From Anthoceros angustus (Eukaryota > Plantae > Anthocerotophyta), in NCBI GenBank assembly GCA_010909165.1, contig MU008170.1, forward strand, positions 1,054,001 through 1,118,000: a stretch of DNA of 64,000 nt, given 5' to 3'. A program made the translations under genes and the position numbers. Positions 36,345-49,983 of the stretch are shown in pieces. Position 1 is the stretch's first letter. Each line of letters begins with the position of its first letter. The notes beneath the pieces are model-generated. The model did no database searches, was not told the origin of the DNA, and worked only from the letters and a program-made list of their open reading frames with translations.

Positions 36345-39300
36345 CTGGAGAGCAAAGGCACGGCGGATCGGTGAGTCTCACAACCTCCTACACGGAGCTT
36401 CAAATGTTCCTCCTCAGAGAGACGAGCGGAGCAGAGCATGGCAACGCAGGCAGCATACCATGAGAATGTAGGAGTAAGAAACATCCCCTTTGTGCCTGGT
36501 AGGCGGGGTGTGCGCCGGGGGAGACGGTGGCCGCATCTTGACGCCGATCCGATCCGATCGACACAACTCGCAGTCAGATGAGAAAATGCTGTCCCTCCTA
36601 CACTCGTGGCCCTCCTCCTTCCAAACCAAGCCACCTACCGACGGATGACAAGCTTCAGGGCACGCCGGCAGCCCCGGTGCGACATGATACGACCCGCAGC
36701 AGCAGCAATTGAAGCGCCGCAATTGCTCAGCAAGCCTAGGGCGAGGAGAGCAGCAGATCCGGACAAGCGGGAGCCACCGCGGCTCCGATTCCCGCACAAT
36801 TGCCACAGCTCCCAGCACCGAGAGGAGGAGCAAGCTAGCGCGCCGGAGACAAGAGAGCACAATTCCCTCACCTTCCACAGCCCTCCCTTCCCCTTACCCT
36901 CGCCAGAAGAAGGCAACGGCAGCAGGCAGCACGCAGCAGGCACGAGAAGCGTAAAACGAAGAATGTGGCGAGTGTGAGGGCGGAAGAAAGAGAGACGGGT
37001 GTAGAAGTAGGGCGAGAGAGACGTGCGCAGTGCACGGCACCACGTCCCGTCCCGGGCCCGGCACCCTTCAACAATGTGCCTTGTTCACTGGACCTGCAAC
37101 ACGTAGGAGGAGCGATGGCGTGGCCGCCCCCTGACGGAGCATTTATCTTTCCACGTCCATCCGATTCCACGTTTACCGCCACCGGCAGCTACGGTTTAGG
37201 CCCCGTCCCTAATGGCCACCTCCACTCCCTTATCTCCACCCCTATCTCCACACTCCTATCCGGCCCCGCCACATGAACGCTAGCGCGGTTTGCGTAAGCG
37301 GTCGGGAGTTTGTCCTCCTCGCCAGAGGTCCAGAGCTCGAATCCCGCCGAATTCCGAGTTAGTTATCCACACCCGCGTTCATTAGCATATAATATCAACG
37401 GGCCCGAATCGGGCCGCCCTTGAAGGCAGGGAGGGCCCTTCGACTCGACCTTCTCTCTTCCTGACGTGTTGGGGAGCTAGCTGGAGGAGGCGTCTGGGGA
37501 GTGGTGGCGCCGCCGCAAGTTGCAAAGTGGGTATACAGGGTTTGGGGGTAGGTGGCCCGGTGGGGTGGGGTAGGCCTTGCCTGTTGGGAAAGGCATGTGG
37601 GGTCACGTGGAGGAGGGGACCGGACGACCGCACCGTTCCGTATACTGTACATGCAAGTCATACAGCTATCCTGGTCCTGGGCTCCCAGGAGTTTCGTGGC
37701 AGCAGCGAAGGAGCCCCCGAGCTCACATCAATCTGGTGGGGGCCAATGGGATTCGAGCGCCCCGCTCTGCGGCACGTCGATACTCCGTTCCCGTTCCTTA
37801 TCATGATTACGAAGGCATGATGAGCGGGAGTGGGGGCACAAGGCAGAGGCGCATTTAAGGTGTAGCGCACCTAACCCTAACCTCTACGACCCTCCGAGAG
37901 TGACGCCTCCCTCCCCTGGGCCCCTGGCCCTGATGAGCCCCAGGCTCCCGGGCGGCTTTGCCCTGCGACAGCAAGGCGACAAGGCAGAATATGCCCGGGA
38001 CCGCCAGTGGGCATTTCACGGACGGCCGGGATTGCGCGATGCGATCCCCGGCCACACACAGATATTCTCCCGACCCCAACCGCCGACCCGCCGACTGCCG
38101 ACTGCCAGATTTCTAGGGCGCGCCGCGGCGCCTCCACGAAATATCTACTCTTCACTAGAATAGCATAGAGAGGGGGGAAGCGCCGATGTCGCTGTCCGTG
38201 AAAGACAAGTCCGTGCTAATGCCTGATGTGTAAAAAGACGGGGGGCGTACTGTAATAATGAGTTGGAGGCCGGCTCCCGGGGGATATAAATGCTTCCTGG
38301 CCTGGCCTTCGCACATCTCGATAACTCTGACGCTCGACCTTTTCGTACTGTAATAACCTACATGGGCAGAGCAGGAGCAAGAGGAGGAGGAGCAGGAGAC
38401 GGATCAGGAACAGGAACAGGAACAGGAGCAGCAGCAGCAGGCGCAGGAGCAGGAGTGGGGACAGCGGCAACAGGTTTTGAATTTCATTACCTAGAATAAG
38501 GTGGTCAGGACCGGGTTCCGGTTTGTGGAATCCGGATGTTGAATCCGGATAGCCGGGATAGCTACCCTTATCTGGGGCGGCGGGCTCCGCACGCCTGGCC
38601 AATGGCGTTGTGCCGTTCAATCCTCCCCATCGCTGGGTTCGCTGGGTTCGCTGGGTCGCTGGATCGCTGCAGTCCCGCCAAATGGGCAAGATGAGGGGAA
38701 GGGAAGGGAAGGAAAGGAAAGGAAGGGAGGGGTGGCATGATGCAGCATGATGATGGTGATGATGATGATGATGATGGTGCGGCAGGCAGGCAGGCACGCA
38801 GGCACCTGGTAGGCACGCAGCAGCAACCGCCAAGGCAGCAAGGCCGCCATCATGCGCTGGCGCTCCATCCGCTGCCATGATGCATCTGCGTGCTCCCGCG
38901 TGCCACGCGCATGGCTCATGGGGTCGTGACTCCACTCATACCCTTCGTCGGGCCCCAATAATGCAATTTGCGATTTCATGCGCCTACCACCGTATTTGCT
39001 GCCCCGCCGTCTGCGTGGGCCCCCATGACACCAAACCTCACATACGCGCCACGACTTCCATGCATCTGCGGATCGTGATCTAATCGTAACGGAGGCGTGA
39101 TGTACGTTCTCCAAATGGCTTAGGCCCATGGGCACACATGTGGAAGAAAAAGGCCGCTGTTAAGCATCTGCGCTTACATCGCTACTTACATGGGGTGCTT
39201 ACATCGGTACTTAAGATTGGGGTGCTTACTTCGATACTTAGATGGGGTGTCTAAAGGAAGTGGATACCCTTGGTGCAAGTACCAAGTCCATGATGAAAAT

Positions 39301-40299
39301 TCTGCCCAAGTGCCCAAGTGCCCAAGTGGACTACCGTACCCCGGGGTGCTTCAACATGATAATGCCGAGATAATTATTTTTTGAAAAAAATAAGGTTCAA
39401 CATAAATATTTATATTTTCAAATTTTCAGCATTTAATAAAAATAAATTTATCAATTTCAAAATTTATTAAAATACATAGGTAGATATATAAACTAATGAA
39501 TATGTATAGACCTCCCCTAAACAGGTCCTAATTTGACAGGCCTTCGTATGATTGGTTACAAGCTCGTTTGGCCTCCAAAGTCTTAAAAGTAATATATGAC
39601 TATTACTACTTCTACAATAGTTCTCTCTTTGATTATTTGTTTCATGATGAGTTTCTTTTGTGAACTATGATATGCCTTCATTAATCCAAAGTAGCAAATG
39701 ATATAACAAAGACGGATTGGTCATCTCATATGCACCAAAAACCAAGCCATCTACACCAATATCACACCATCTACACCAGTATCAAGTAGTTTATGGCTGC
39801 TGAAATTCATTTACACCAACACCAAGTAGTTTGTGATGCTGAAAGATGTATGTTTACATCCATCTTCATACTCTCTAATACCTCATATAGTATATTGTTA
39901 CCTTTTTTTAGTTGTTATATAGGTAATATCCAAGACATCTAATTTCATATTTATCTAGAACATTCTCAAGTGAACTTACCTCAATGTTCACAAGGAAATG
40001 AAACCTTACCTCAATGCTCACTATCAAATGTGACCTTAGTTCAATGCTCACAAGAAAATGTCAGTAAGCATATACTCCTCCTCACGCACATCCATGTTTT
40101 TTCTTCCTTTGTGCTATCAAGGTTTATAAATATCAACTATGTAATATTAAAATTAAGTACCAAGTAATATGCAAATGCCCTTCTTCAATGCTTACCAGGA
40201 AATGCTGCCGAGCACATTTTCCCCCTCCTGCACATACATATCTTTTTAGCCTTCCCACCGAACTAGGCTTTACTTTAATTCAAGGCATGCCGATATCAA

Positions 40300-40760
40300 G
40301 AAGCTCAAAAAGACAAAGACCAGAGAGCTGAGCGATATGAAAAGAGAAAAATCTGCATAAAGAAAAACCATCACACTAAAAAAGAAGAGTGTGTCGAACC
40401 TGAATGTCAGCATAAACGGGACAATAGAATAGGAAATGCATTTCACAGGGTCCAGGGAGTAAAATTTGCAAATTCGTTCTTCTTGAGAAATTGACCCATG
40501 ATTGTATGGAGTTTGAAAGAGAGTGGAGAACTAAAATACCTTGGGAGTGCTGAAACCAGAAGGAGGATTGACACGAAACTCCTCCATATAAAACCGGAGT
40601 CTGGCTTAGATAGGTGAGGCGGATGAAGTAGGGGACTAAGTGAGAGTATCTCCTACATAAAACTAAGAGGACCTGAAATTAATCTCTAGAAATGAAGGGT
40701 AATTACATCCATAACATGCGTTGCAATCTGCGGTTGTAACCTGGATCTTGAACTTCACCA
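40300..40760 (-). mobile_element. Degenerate LINE 3' fragment (C-terminal zinc-finger region)
   Basis: QEERICKF...EMHFLFYCPVYADI read across a frameshift. Confidence 0.5.
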
Positions 40761-41656
40761 AGACTCCAGTTTAGGTAGTACATTATGAATCGCATGGACC
40801 TAAGAGATTGAGACTCAGGCCATGGGAAAATTCGCTTTTCGCTTCATTCAAGGTCCTTGATGCCACCCTAGAGGCTGGCTCCCGCGCGCGAGGCACATCC
40901 ACCGAGGTCAGCGACGGTCGGGACTGAATGACAGTTGAGCTGTTGTTGAACCGTGAACCCGCAGCCCAAGCCAGCCAAGCAGCCAGCCGCCTTGCTCCTT
41001 GCTGGGCGATCTCGGGACATGAGCAACCATCTCGGGACTGAGCTTGTCTCGAGGCTTCCTTGCTCTCTTCTTTGGAGAGAAGCATGGCACGACAGATTGC
41101 TGCCTGCCAACTTCCAAACGCCCAAGCCCCATTCGCCGGCCAGCAACCAGACCACACCGGCCTAGGCCTAGGCCCAGGCCTAGTCCTAGGTTGTATCTCC
41201 CGCTCCAGGATTCCGCCCCTTTTTTAGCTTTCTCGGCTTGCGATGCCTGGGAGCCTTTTCTCTCCCACACAAGCAAACAAAAGCGTGCTTTTCCAGTCTC
41301 TCGCGCCCCCACTTGCCGCAATGCCTTGTTTCCCTCCGACTGCAGGATTCCTTTCCCGTTTCGGAAACCGGGGCTTCGTTTCGTACATCGCCTGGAATCG
41401 GGGATGGATGTATGGAAGCGTGTGAGTCCCAGAGAAGGACACCGGGTATATGCAGTACAGAGGGAGCAGGACACACAAGACAGCTTTGATTCCACAAGAC
41501 GAAAACAGCGGGTGAATACAGACAGATGTTGCCCACGCAAAAGGCACCGGAGACAGTACCTTACAAAGGCCACTAGCTACGGAAATATATTTGCACCGAT
41601 TCGTGTAACGGACTTGTTCAGTGCATCTCCATACACAGAGGGAGGATTGCATCTTA

Positions 41657-44600
41657 TCAGTATCTGCTGCCCGTTTTGCGATGATGAATGGCTGTCACAC
41701 GTTTATCATCCTGCAGGGAGCAAGAAGGTACTTGTGAGAAGAGGCTGGCTGGCTGGCTTCCTGATAAGATACCCACATTTGCGGACATGGGAGTGGTGAC
41801 AAAGGTGTACATACCAGCAGCTCTCCACCGTCCACTGTTGCATACAGCACCCAGTGGTCCCCCGTCTCCATCCGGCTTGTCACCGTGCACTCCATCCATG
41901 CGATCTGTGGCCCCGGCATCACATGCACACCAGGAACAGAGTCAGACGAGGCCTACCCGACTCGGAACCCTAACGGGCAGAAAGGGAGAACGGAACGGGA
42001 TGTCGGGATGTGAGTACCGCGTCCACCAGGATGACACCTCCGTTGCTGGCGCTCTTAGTTTCCAGCCCTTCGAACCGGGGCTCGCCGGGATCGAACTTCT
42101 TCAGCAGCTGCTTCATGATTCCCGTGGTGTTGCCTTGTCCCAGCACGTTCAGCACGAACTTGCCTCCCGGCAGCACCAGCCCCTCCACCGCCCTCTCCTT
42201 GGCTACCTGCAATTGAAGTGGACAAAACGTCTCATCAGCATAGCTTGCAAGGCATGGGAAGATGGTTGAAAGCCGAGAAATGTCGCACTGGACGTCGAGA
42301 CTGCTTACAGCGATGGTCAAGCCCGGCGGAACGAAGCTGGCCTGGCTCACCCATGATGCCAGCATTGCGCTCTCTGCATCTCCGCTCTTGGCGCTCAGAA
42401 CGCACAGAGAGCCCACGATCCTGCCCACGGCCTGCTCTACATTCGAGGCCACTGTGAACTGGGCACCAGCTTTGCTGCGCTCTTTCACCTTCTTCTTCTT
42501 CACGGCCTGGGCCAGGTCCGTCCCACTCTCCTCACAGACCTGAAGGGTGGCTTCCGTGGGCTGTGTTCACACACACAAGCAAGCAAGCAAGCAACCCAGA
42601 GATGTGAAAAAGAACTGGAGCAGGAGACGCACGAAACCCTTCCTCGCTCCTCACCTTGAATTTGCAACGGATGGATGGAAATGCGAATGAAAAGCCACCG
42701 TCCCTGAGCCGCTGTTCGATCTCATCTACAGCTTCTCCGCTCCATCCGAATGAGCCGAACACCCCACACGGCTTGTTTCTGGAATCAGTGTCATTCAGGA
42801 TCACTCCCAACGCATTCTGCACGTACATGGCACGTTGTGACCATCCATCCACACCACCAGGGAAGGGGAATGAAGGATAGAATGGGCAAATCCAGCTCCC
42901 AATTCTCACCTGCACAGGAGTGGGCATATGCCCACCAAGAGTTGGACTTCCCACCACAAACCCACAAGACCGTTTCACCACAGCAAGGACTTCCTCACTG
43001 CTGATCTCTTCACAGTTCACAGTTTCGATTCCGACACCTGCTTTGCTGATTCCTCGACTACACCAACATGAAAGAGAAAACGAAAAATGCATGTCAGGTC
43101 GCACGTGACCAAGCAGATCCGACGCCCAAGTGGTCTCGCAGCTGTAACTCCGTCAAGTCAGGCAACCTGATAGCTTGGGCCAGAGCAGCAGTGTTGCCAT
43201 AAGCAGAGGCATAGATGACAGCCACAGACGCCTCCTCAGCCTGCTTCACCTTTTCCTCTGTCCACTGCAAACGTGCAAACATCTTGTATCACCCACACTG
43301 TTTCTCTTGCACGACACATTGTTTCTCTTGCACGACAATGGTGCCCACACGCATGGGTACCGGATGGGCACAGCCGCATGCAGCTGGTTCGCAACATGAA
43401 GGCCGATAATACCATGGACCCAGCAGCACTCACCGTGCGGTACTCTCTAACGAGTTCAGTCAGTGCTGAGCGAACAATAGGTCCATGAAGAGGGCAGAGA
43501 GCAGCAGCTACTAGTGCTCCTTGAGGACCAAGCTTCTCATATAATACGCCTGATTTGCCACCTGGAAGCTTCAATGCGCTCAGCACTGTTGCAAGAATGT
43601 AGCGTACATCAGCCTGTGACATGATAAGACACACTTCGTTAAACTTCACGGATGTCACACAAAAAAAAGTTCATGTCCCGTTCCCCCCAGATGGCTCTGC
43701 ACGACAAACTTCAGGGTCCGTGGTTACCTTGACGATATCGATCCCTGTCTTTCCGGAGTAATTCGGTTTCGAGAATTGGGCCACCACAGGAAGCTTCTCC
43801 AAACATGTTTTCGCCTGTAAAAGCAGTATAAGAACATGTAGTACAAGGGCCAGAATGCAACAACGACTATGTTCCGCCAGGTGGTCAGTGCAAAGTCATG
43901 GTCTCTTTCTTCAATCACACAAAATCACAAACTTTCGATTTTGGCCGAAAGGGAAGGATAAAGCCCGCACCTGTTTAGGCACTGGTGCGAGCATGCAGTC
44001 ATAAAAGAACCGCCAGTCTTCGCCATAGGTCTCCCAACCCCCAGTATCATATTCAGAGGCCCCACTCACATGGGCGCTGTGAAAGAGATTCTCAAGTGTT
44101 CACAATTGACACAGTCATGAATTCATGAGTACACAACAATATAAGGGTCCTGCAAAAAAGGCACCTGAAAAGCTTGTGCGTGAACAAAAGTTGAGTGGCT
44201 GGATCGTAGGTACATAATCCATCTGGCCACCTCGGGGTTGGTGTTAAGACGAACTGAAGCTCATGCCCTGCACGGTCGCTATAACAGAGCAGCATGGATC
44301 AATTCCAATTTACAACCGTTCAACAGGATATGTCAAGCCGTTAAGGAGGAGCCCAGACAGGTTCTTTGGACAGACAAGGCGCTGAGGAAAACAAGGACTG
44401 CATGTGGTTGAAGGGTAGAGCTGTTTCACCTCCTCCGAGATCGAGCTTCTCATCCCCTCGGACTACTTTAACTGCGAAAACTTTGTCAAGCAGCTTCTCT
44501 GGTATCGATGCCTTCACCAGCTGGGCCGCAGGGTTTGAACAGTACACTTGAATACGCGGAGCTGCACAAACAAAGGAAAACAACCATTACCCCTCCACTT

Positions 44601-45527
44601 ACATCGAGGCATACATTGGCAGCGAAGTCACATGAAGGGCTACATGCTCCAACCTCCATCAGGGAGAGCTTCCCCCAAGCTTATCAAGCTTTCGGCTCGC
44701 TTTGGACTGAGATGTCCAAGCACCAAGTACTTGATGCTCCCAAGCTCGACACTGCTTGCGAGTGCTTGGACAAATGCCTTAGAGAAGGCTCTATCAGGTA
44801 CGTCTACCAAAGCCGTCGCATTGCTCCCTTTGATGATGTAAGAGTTGTCAGTTGTCCCACGTTTTAACCCATACTCAATCTAAGATGTGGTGATGCCAAG
44901 CATGAGCCTTTTGAGAGCATCCGACTACGGTCATCTAACATCCTGAACAGTTGATGCCATTGAAAATGGGGAAAAGCAGGACAGCATGATGGGCGGATCA
45001 AGTGCCAGTCATTCGTAACATACCTCGAACTTGAGCCGTTCCAAACTGCGACCTCTTAAGCTCCAAGTGTCGTTCGTCAGTTTCACGAGCTGCACGTCAG
45101 ACTCCTGATATATACACACACACAAACACAGAAACCAAAATTTTCCTTGAGGCTACTTTCAGAGTCCCAGCTGATGTTGGGATAACAAACACAGCCTCAT
45201 TCTGGATGCATGAATGGGGACATTCACCTCTCGGTAGGCGGGTGAGGGTGAAGCCGGTGCATCCGGTGGAGCTGAGGTAGCAGTGCCACTGCAGGAGACT
45301 CTGTGCCTCGAGAATGGCACTGGAAAGGCCTTAACCGAGCCAAAGAGAGTTGACTTGGAGCAGCGGCCGGATGACTTTCTCAGAGGGGAAGCCACCAAAC
45401 AGGCAAGCCTGACTGCAGTTTCACAGCCAGGCGACCCAGAAGCGGAAGCTACTCCAGCATTGCACGCAGACTCGGGAACAGATGCTGCCCTGTGCACTGC
45501 CCAAGTACCCGGCACGCAAACTGCCAT
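41657..45527 (-). CDS. FLVA: Chloroplast flavodiiron protein, FLVA (Flv1-like) type; multi-exon
   Basis: Transit peptide (exon 45527-45228). Beta-lactamase-like domain (EYGLKRGTTDNSY, GHLSPKR, TPTPRWPD), flavodoxin domain (YASAYGNT, GSPTLGGH, FGSFGWSGEA) and flavin reductase domain (MLASWVSQASF, GDHW, TAIHHRKTGSRY stop). Confidence 0.93.
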
Positions 45528-45974
45528 ATTTGAGACAGCAATTCAGGCGCCTGGAGGGAGCCCACCTCCTCAACAATGCAATCCTGTGCTATTCTATGCT
45601 TGTTGCATCCATTCTGGGCTGCTAAGCATGTAGGCACCGGATCGAACAAAGTGGATAAAGAACGTGCGTGAAGCAAGGGAGTGGAGGGAGATTTATCACG
45701 GCTTTGTTTAGTGGGTCCTAAGCTGATTGGAGTGTGGTCCCGGTATCCAGTAAGCGACCTTGTGAAGGTGGCAGTGGCAGTGCGTGCAAGCTTCGTCAGC
45801 CCTGACTGACGGCAGCAGGCAGGCAGGACAGGGCAGCAGGCCTTGTGAGTAATGGGTTGTGTGGCCCTCCCGGAGATCCGCCTCTGCACGCCGCCGTGCT
45901 TTTGCTTCTGCTTGCCGCGTCCTTGCTAGGCTCCTGGTGTGGGAACTTGTGCATCTTCAAACTGCATCTGCAGT

Positions 45975-45975
<1 letters not shown>

Positions 45976-46006
<31 letters not shown>
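45976..46006. repeat. (CAG)n microsatellite between the divergent FLVA and DPP-IV genes
   Basis: Directly visible. Confidence 0.9.
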
Positions 46007-46007
<1 letters not shown>

Positions 46008-46271
46008 GTGGAGAGGCCTCTCCGGTGGCATGCATGTGTTCAGTCAAGAGTCTTTGCCAGCTGTGGTGAGTTCAATTCTTGTGTGTGGTTCTTCTTGCTT
46101 CCATGTTTGCCACATTCATTTGGTTCAATCTGGGCAGGGTGAGCATACCTTCTTTGTGTCAGGGGAATTTAGCAAGCATCAGCAGGTGGTTGCTGCATTT
46201 TTAGGGGTTGTGGGCGGAGTTGGTGCAGCTGGATTAGGAAGCACGTGTTGCGACAGGGGCAGTGGGGCCGC

Positions 46272-49200
46272 ATGGTTGACAGGCAGGAAAGCGTAAAACG
46301 TCGATCCCTCGGAGATGGTCGCAGAGGTCACTGGGGCTTGCGCGTTGTAGATCTGCACAAGTCTGCTACTCCAGGTGGTGACGACGTCAAGCGTGCCCGT
46401 CCTCTTCTCCCAACAATGCCCTCCACGGACAATGAGGCCCCTCACGAGTATAACCTGTTCCCTGTGGAGGACATCGTGCAGTGTCCCCTTCCTGGATACG
46501 TGGCCCCTGCCTCTGTGGCTTTCAGTCCGGACGACCGATTGATATCCTTTCTCTTCAGCCCCGACGGCACTCTGAGCAGGAAAATTTTCGCCTTTGACCC
46601 AGCTACCAGGCAGCAGCACCTGCTGGTGAGCCCCCCAGGAGGAGGCGTGGATGAGGGCAATTTGTCTACAGCTGAGAAACTGAGGCGTGAGAGACTGCGG
46701 GAGCGAGGTCTGGGTGTCACCAGATATGAGTGGGCCAAGGGAAGTTCCTCCTCTCGCCTCATGGTGCCTCTTCCTGGCGGAGTAAGTTGCTTGGGGCTGA
46801 GCTGATTTGATCTGATCTGTAGGTTTACTCACTTGATTAAGCACGATGCGATGATGGGTTTTCCTTGAAAGCAATCCATGTTATGGTGTGGAGCACGTGG
46901 GAGCCTGATATGAAACTTCGCCTTGGCAGATCTACGTACAAGATGGGCCTGGATCAGAGCTACGGCTAAGAATTGCAAGCACGTCTGGGGCTCCCATTCT
47001 GGATCCGCAACTCTCGCCAGATGGCAATTACCTGGCCTATGTCCATGAGGGTGAGATTTGTGTCCTTCCCATCACCTCTGGTGACCCAGCACGCGTGACA
47101 TCTGGAGCCTCCGCGACAGGCAAGGTAAGAGCCAGGGATGGTGTTTGAGTTGCCGTTGCTCTTAAGCTTTGCAGTGCAGTGCTGCCCAACTCGCACAGCT
47201 CTGGGGTCTGAACATGAGTTCCATCATGGCATGCTGTGTAAAGAAGAGGTTGTGTGCCTTTTGCTGCAGGAGTTGAAAGCCTTGAACATTCTGTCCTGCT
47301 AAATGGTAAAAAGTTACCTGTCCTGATGCATCAACCCCTTGGGTTATTATGCAAAATGACAATGACGGGGTTGTTGCATTGGCTGTGGGGGCTTGGTAGG
47401 TGCAGATTGTTGTAGTGGCATGCGCACTGTGTTCACAGTTTCGCGGTTGTGTGGGTGATGAAGTGCATCCATTTTCTGTGCGCGAAACGTAACAAGTATC
47501 TGACTGGCCGTATGGGCGTGCTGCAGACACACGGGCTCGCTGAGTACATTGCTCAGGTATTTGTCTGTTTCTGTGGGTCGTTAAACACTCTCTGCAACTC
47601 TCTGTCCTTGGCTTTACTCAGTAGGCAGTATGGGTGTGGTTGGTCTGAACCAGGAAGAAATGGAGAGGAGAACTGGATTTTGGTGGTCACCTGATAGCAA
47701 ATCGATAGCCTTTGCTGAAGTGGATGATTCAGGAATCCCTCCTTTTCGGATCATGCACCAAGGGAAGTCTGCAGTTGGGAGCGAAGCGCAAGAGGATCAT
47801 GCCTACCCTTTTGCAGGCCATGCTAATGTCAAAGTACGCCTTGGGATTGTGTCTGCAACCGGAGATGATGCTGGTGGGGAGGTCACATGGGTAGATCTGA
47901 ATTGTGGACTCGACGGTCAAGAACATGAGGAGGAGGAATATTTAGCACGTGTTGCATGGATGCCAGATGGATCACTCACAGCTCAAGTGCAAAGCAGAGA
48001 CCAGACTAAATTAAAGCTTCTTAAATTTGACCGCTTGACAGGAAAGCGGGAAGTCCTCCTCGTTGAAGAAAATGATGTGTGGGTGAATTTGCATGACTGC
48101 TTCACTCCTCTTCAAAAAGGTCCAGGAAGACTCGCTGGGGGTTTTATATGGGCCAGCGAAAGATCAGGGTTTCGCCACTTATACCTTCATGATGGCACAG
48201 GGAACTGTCTGGGTGCACTGACAGAGGGTGATTGGCTAGTAGAGCAGGTAGCTGGCGTGGATGAGAATGGAGGGATCATCTACTTCACAGGAACTCTAGA
48301 CAGCCCTCTCGAAACTCATCTCTATTGTGCCAAGCTGTTTCCTGACTTCAACCTGCCTTGCCATCACCTAAGAAATTGACCCAAGGAAAGGTCGACACCT
48401 TGTTGTCCTGGATCACCAGATGGAAAAGTTTGTGGACATCCATGATTCACTGGACACCCCACCTCGTGTTATGCTGTGCTCTTGGCAAATGGGGAGGTGA
48501 TTGCACCAGTGTATGAGCAGCCAGCTCCAACGCCCGAGCCGGAGGTTACAATTGGCGCCTGAACTCGATGCAGATAACTGTCGCCGATGGCACCACCTTG
48601 TATGGAGCTCTTTACAAGCCTGATGTGAACCAGTATGGCCCACCGCCATACAGGACTGTTGTCAGTGTCTATGGTGGCCCAAATGTGCAAACTGTATGTA
48701 ACTCCTGGGTGAACACTGTAGACATGAGAGCACAGTATCTCCGTAGCAAGGGTCTTCTCGTGTGGAAGGCAAGGCGCCGAGGCTTTTCGCTCTTTCTGTC
48801 TTTCTTGTGTTGGAAGTTGGTGCTTATTCTGTGGCAAATGTTACATGAAACAGTCAGCTGCCAATAGTAGTGCACCCAGGTTTTTCATGATGGGAAATAC
48901 ACCGTTTGAATGGAACATATGAGTTATGGTGTTGTTGTCTGTTGTTGCAGCTTGACAACAGAGGAAGTGCACGGCGCGGCATTCAATTTGAAGGTGCAAT
49001 CAAACACAACATGGGCGGAATTGATGTGGAGGACCAAGAAGCGGGTGTTCAATGGCTGCTACGCGAAGGGTTTGCCAAAGTGGGTCAGGTAGGAATCTAC
49101 GGCTGGAGCTATGGTGGTTACATGGCAGCCATGTCCCTAGCTCGTTGCCCAGATCTTTACAGGTGTTCAGTAGCAGGTGCTCCTGTCACTGCATGGGATG

Positions 49201-49502
49201 GATACGACACTCATTACACTGAGAAATACCTGGGAACTCCAGCAAAGAATCCTCAGGTTTTTGAGTCTACTTCTGTTATGTACCACATACACAGAATGCA
49301 AGGAAAACTGCTGCTTGTCCATGGTATGATAGACGAGAATGTGCATTTCAGGCATACTGCGAGACTCATCAACGCCCTCACAGCAGCAGGCAAAGAGTAT
49401 GAGCTGCTGCTTTTCCCAGACGAGAGGCATATGCCAAGAGGTCTGCGAGATAGAATGTACATGGAGGAGCGGATCTGTGGGTTTCTTGATAGGAATTTAT
49501 AG
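46272..49502 (+). CDS. Dipeptidyl peptidase IV-like (S9B) serine peptidase; multi-exon
   Basis: [22 protein letters not shown] and catalytic triad motifs [15 protein letters not shown] and ERH. Frame slips at ~48355-48570 are probably sequence errors. Confidence 0.93.
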
Positions 49503-49983
49503 CATTTGTGAAGAAAGCACACATTATCCGAGATACATTTGTGGTTGTCCGGGGGCCTGACCTGCTTCTTTGTACATTTTGTGGATTCGTGTTGGTGGCG
49601 TCAAATGTTGCTGGTAGCATTGCGCTTGTTCAGTTTCGTAGTTGCTTGCAGCGTGCGCTTGTGTGGGTCTAAATTCACCTATTCCCCGAGGATCTGTGTG
49701 ACAGCTGTCTTACAAGTCTGGTATCTCAGGGCTGGAAGGGAAGAAAATACTGCACACGCAAGACTGTTTTCCCCGAATGTTACAGCAGCCCACCTGAACT
49801 GACGAGTTTCTCGCCATGGCAAGATGCAATTCTAGCGGATAATTACTGATGCTTGCTTCTAGAAATCTTGATCTTACGCAACAGGTTCACAAATAATAGC
49901 CACGGTGTATATTCGTACAAGAGATTCAACGTACGAGTCACGAAATCTTTCGTGACAAGTTCCTGTAGCCACTTCCATATGGG

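Noticed and set aside
37380-39140. ORFs with poly-His/Leu tracts
   Set aside because: They derive from microsatellite and low-complexity sequence, with no domain or splice support.
40783-41799. ORFs of 221-251 aa downstream of FLVA
   Set aside because: They have no recognisable motifs and overlap the FLVA last exon and 3' region.
41657-45527. Bacterial contamination or recent HGT of the flavodiiron gene
   Set aside because: The gene has a transit peptide and many spliceosomal introns, and sits among plant genes.
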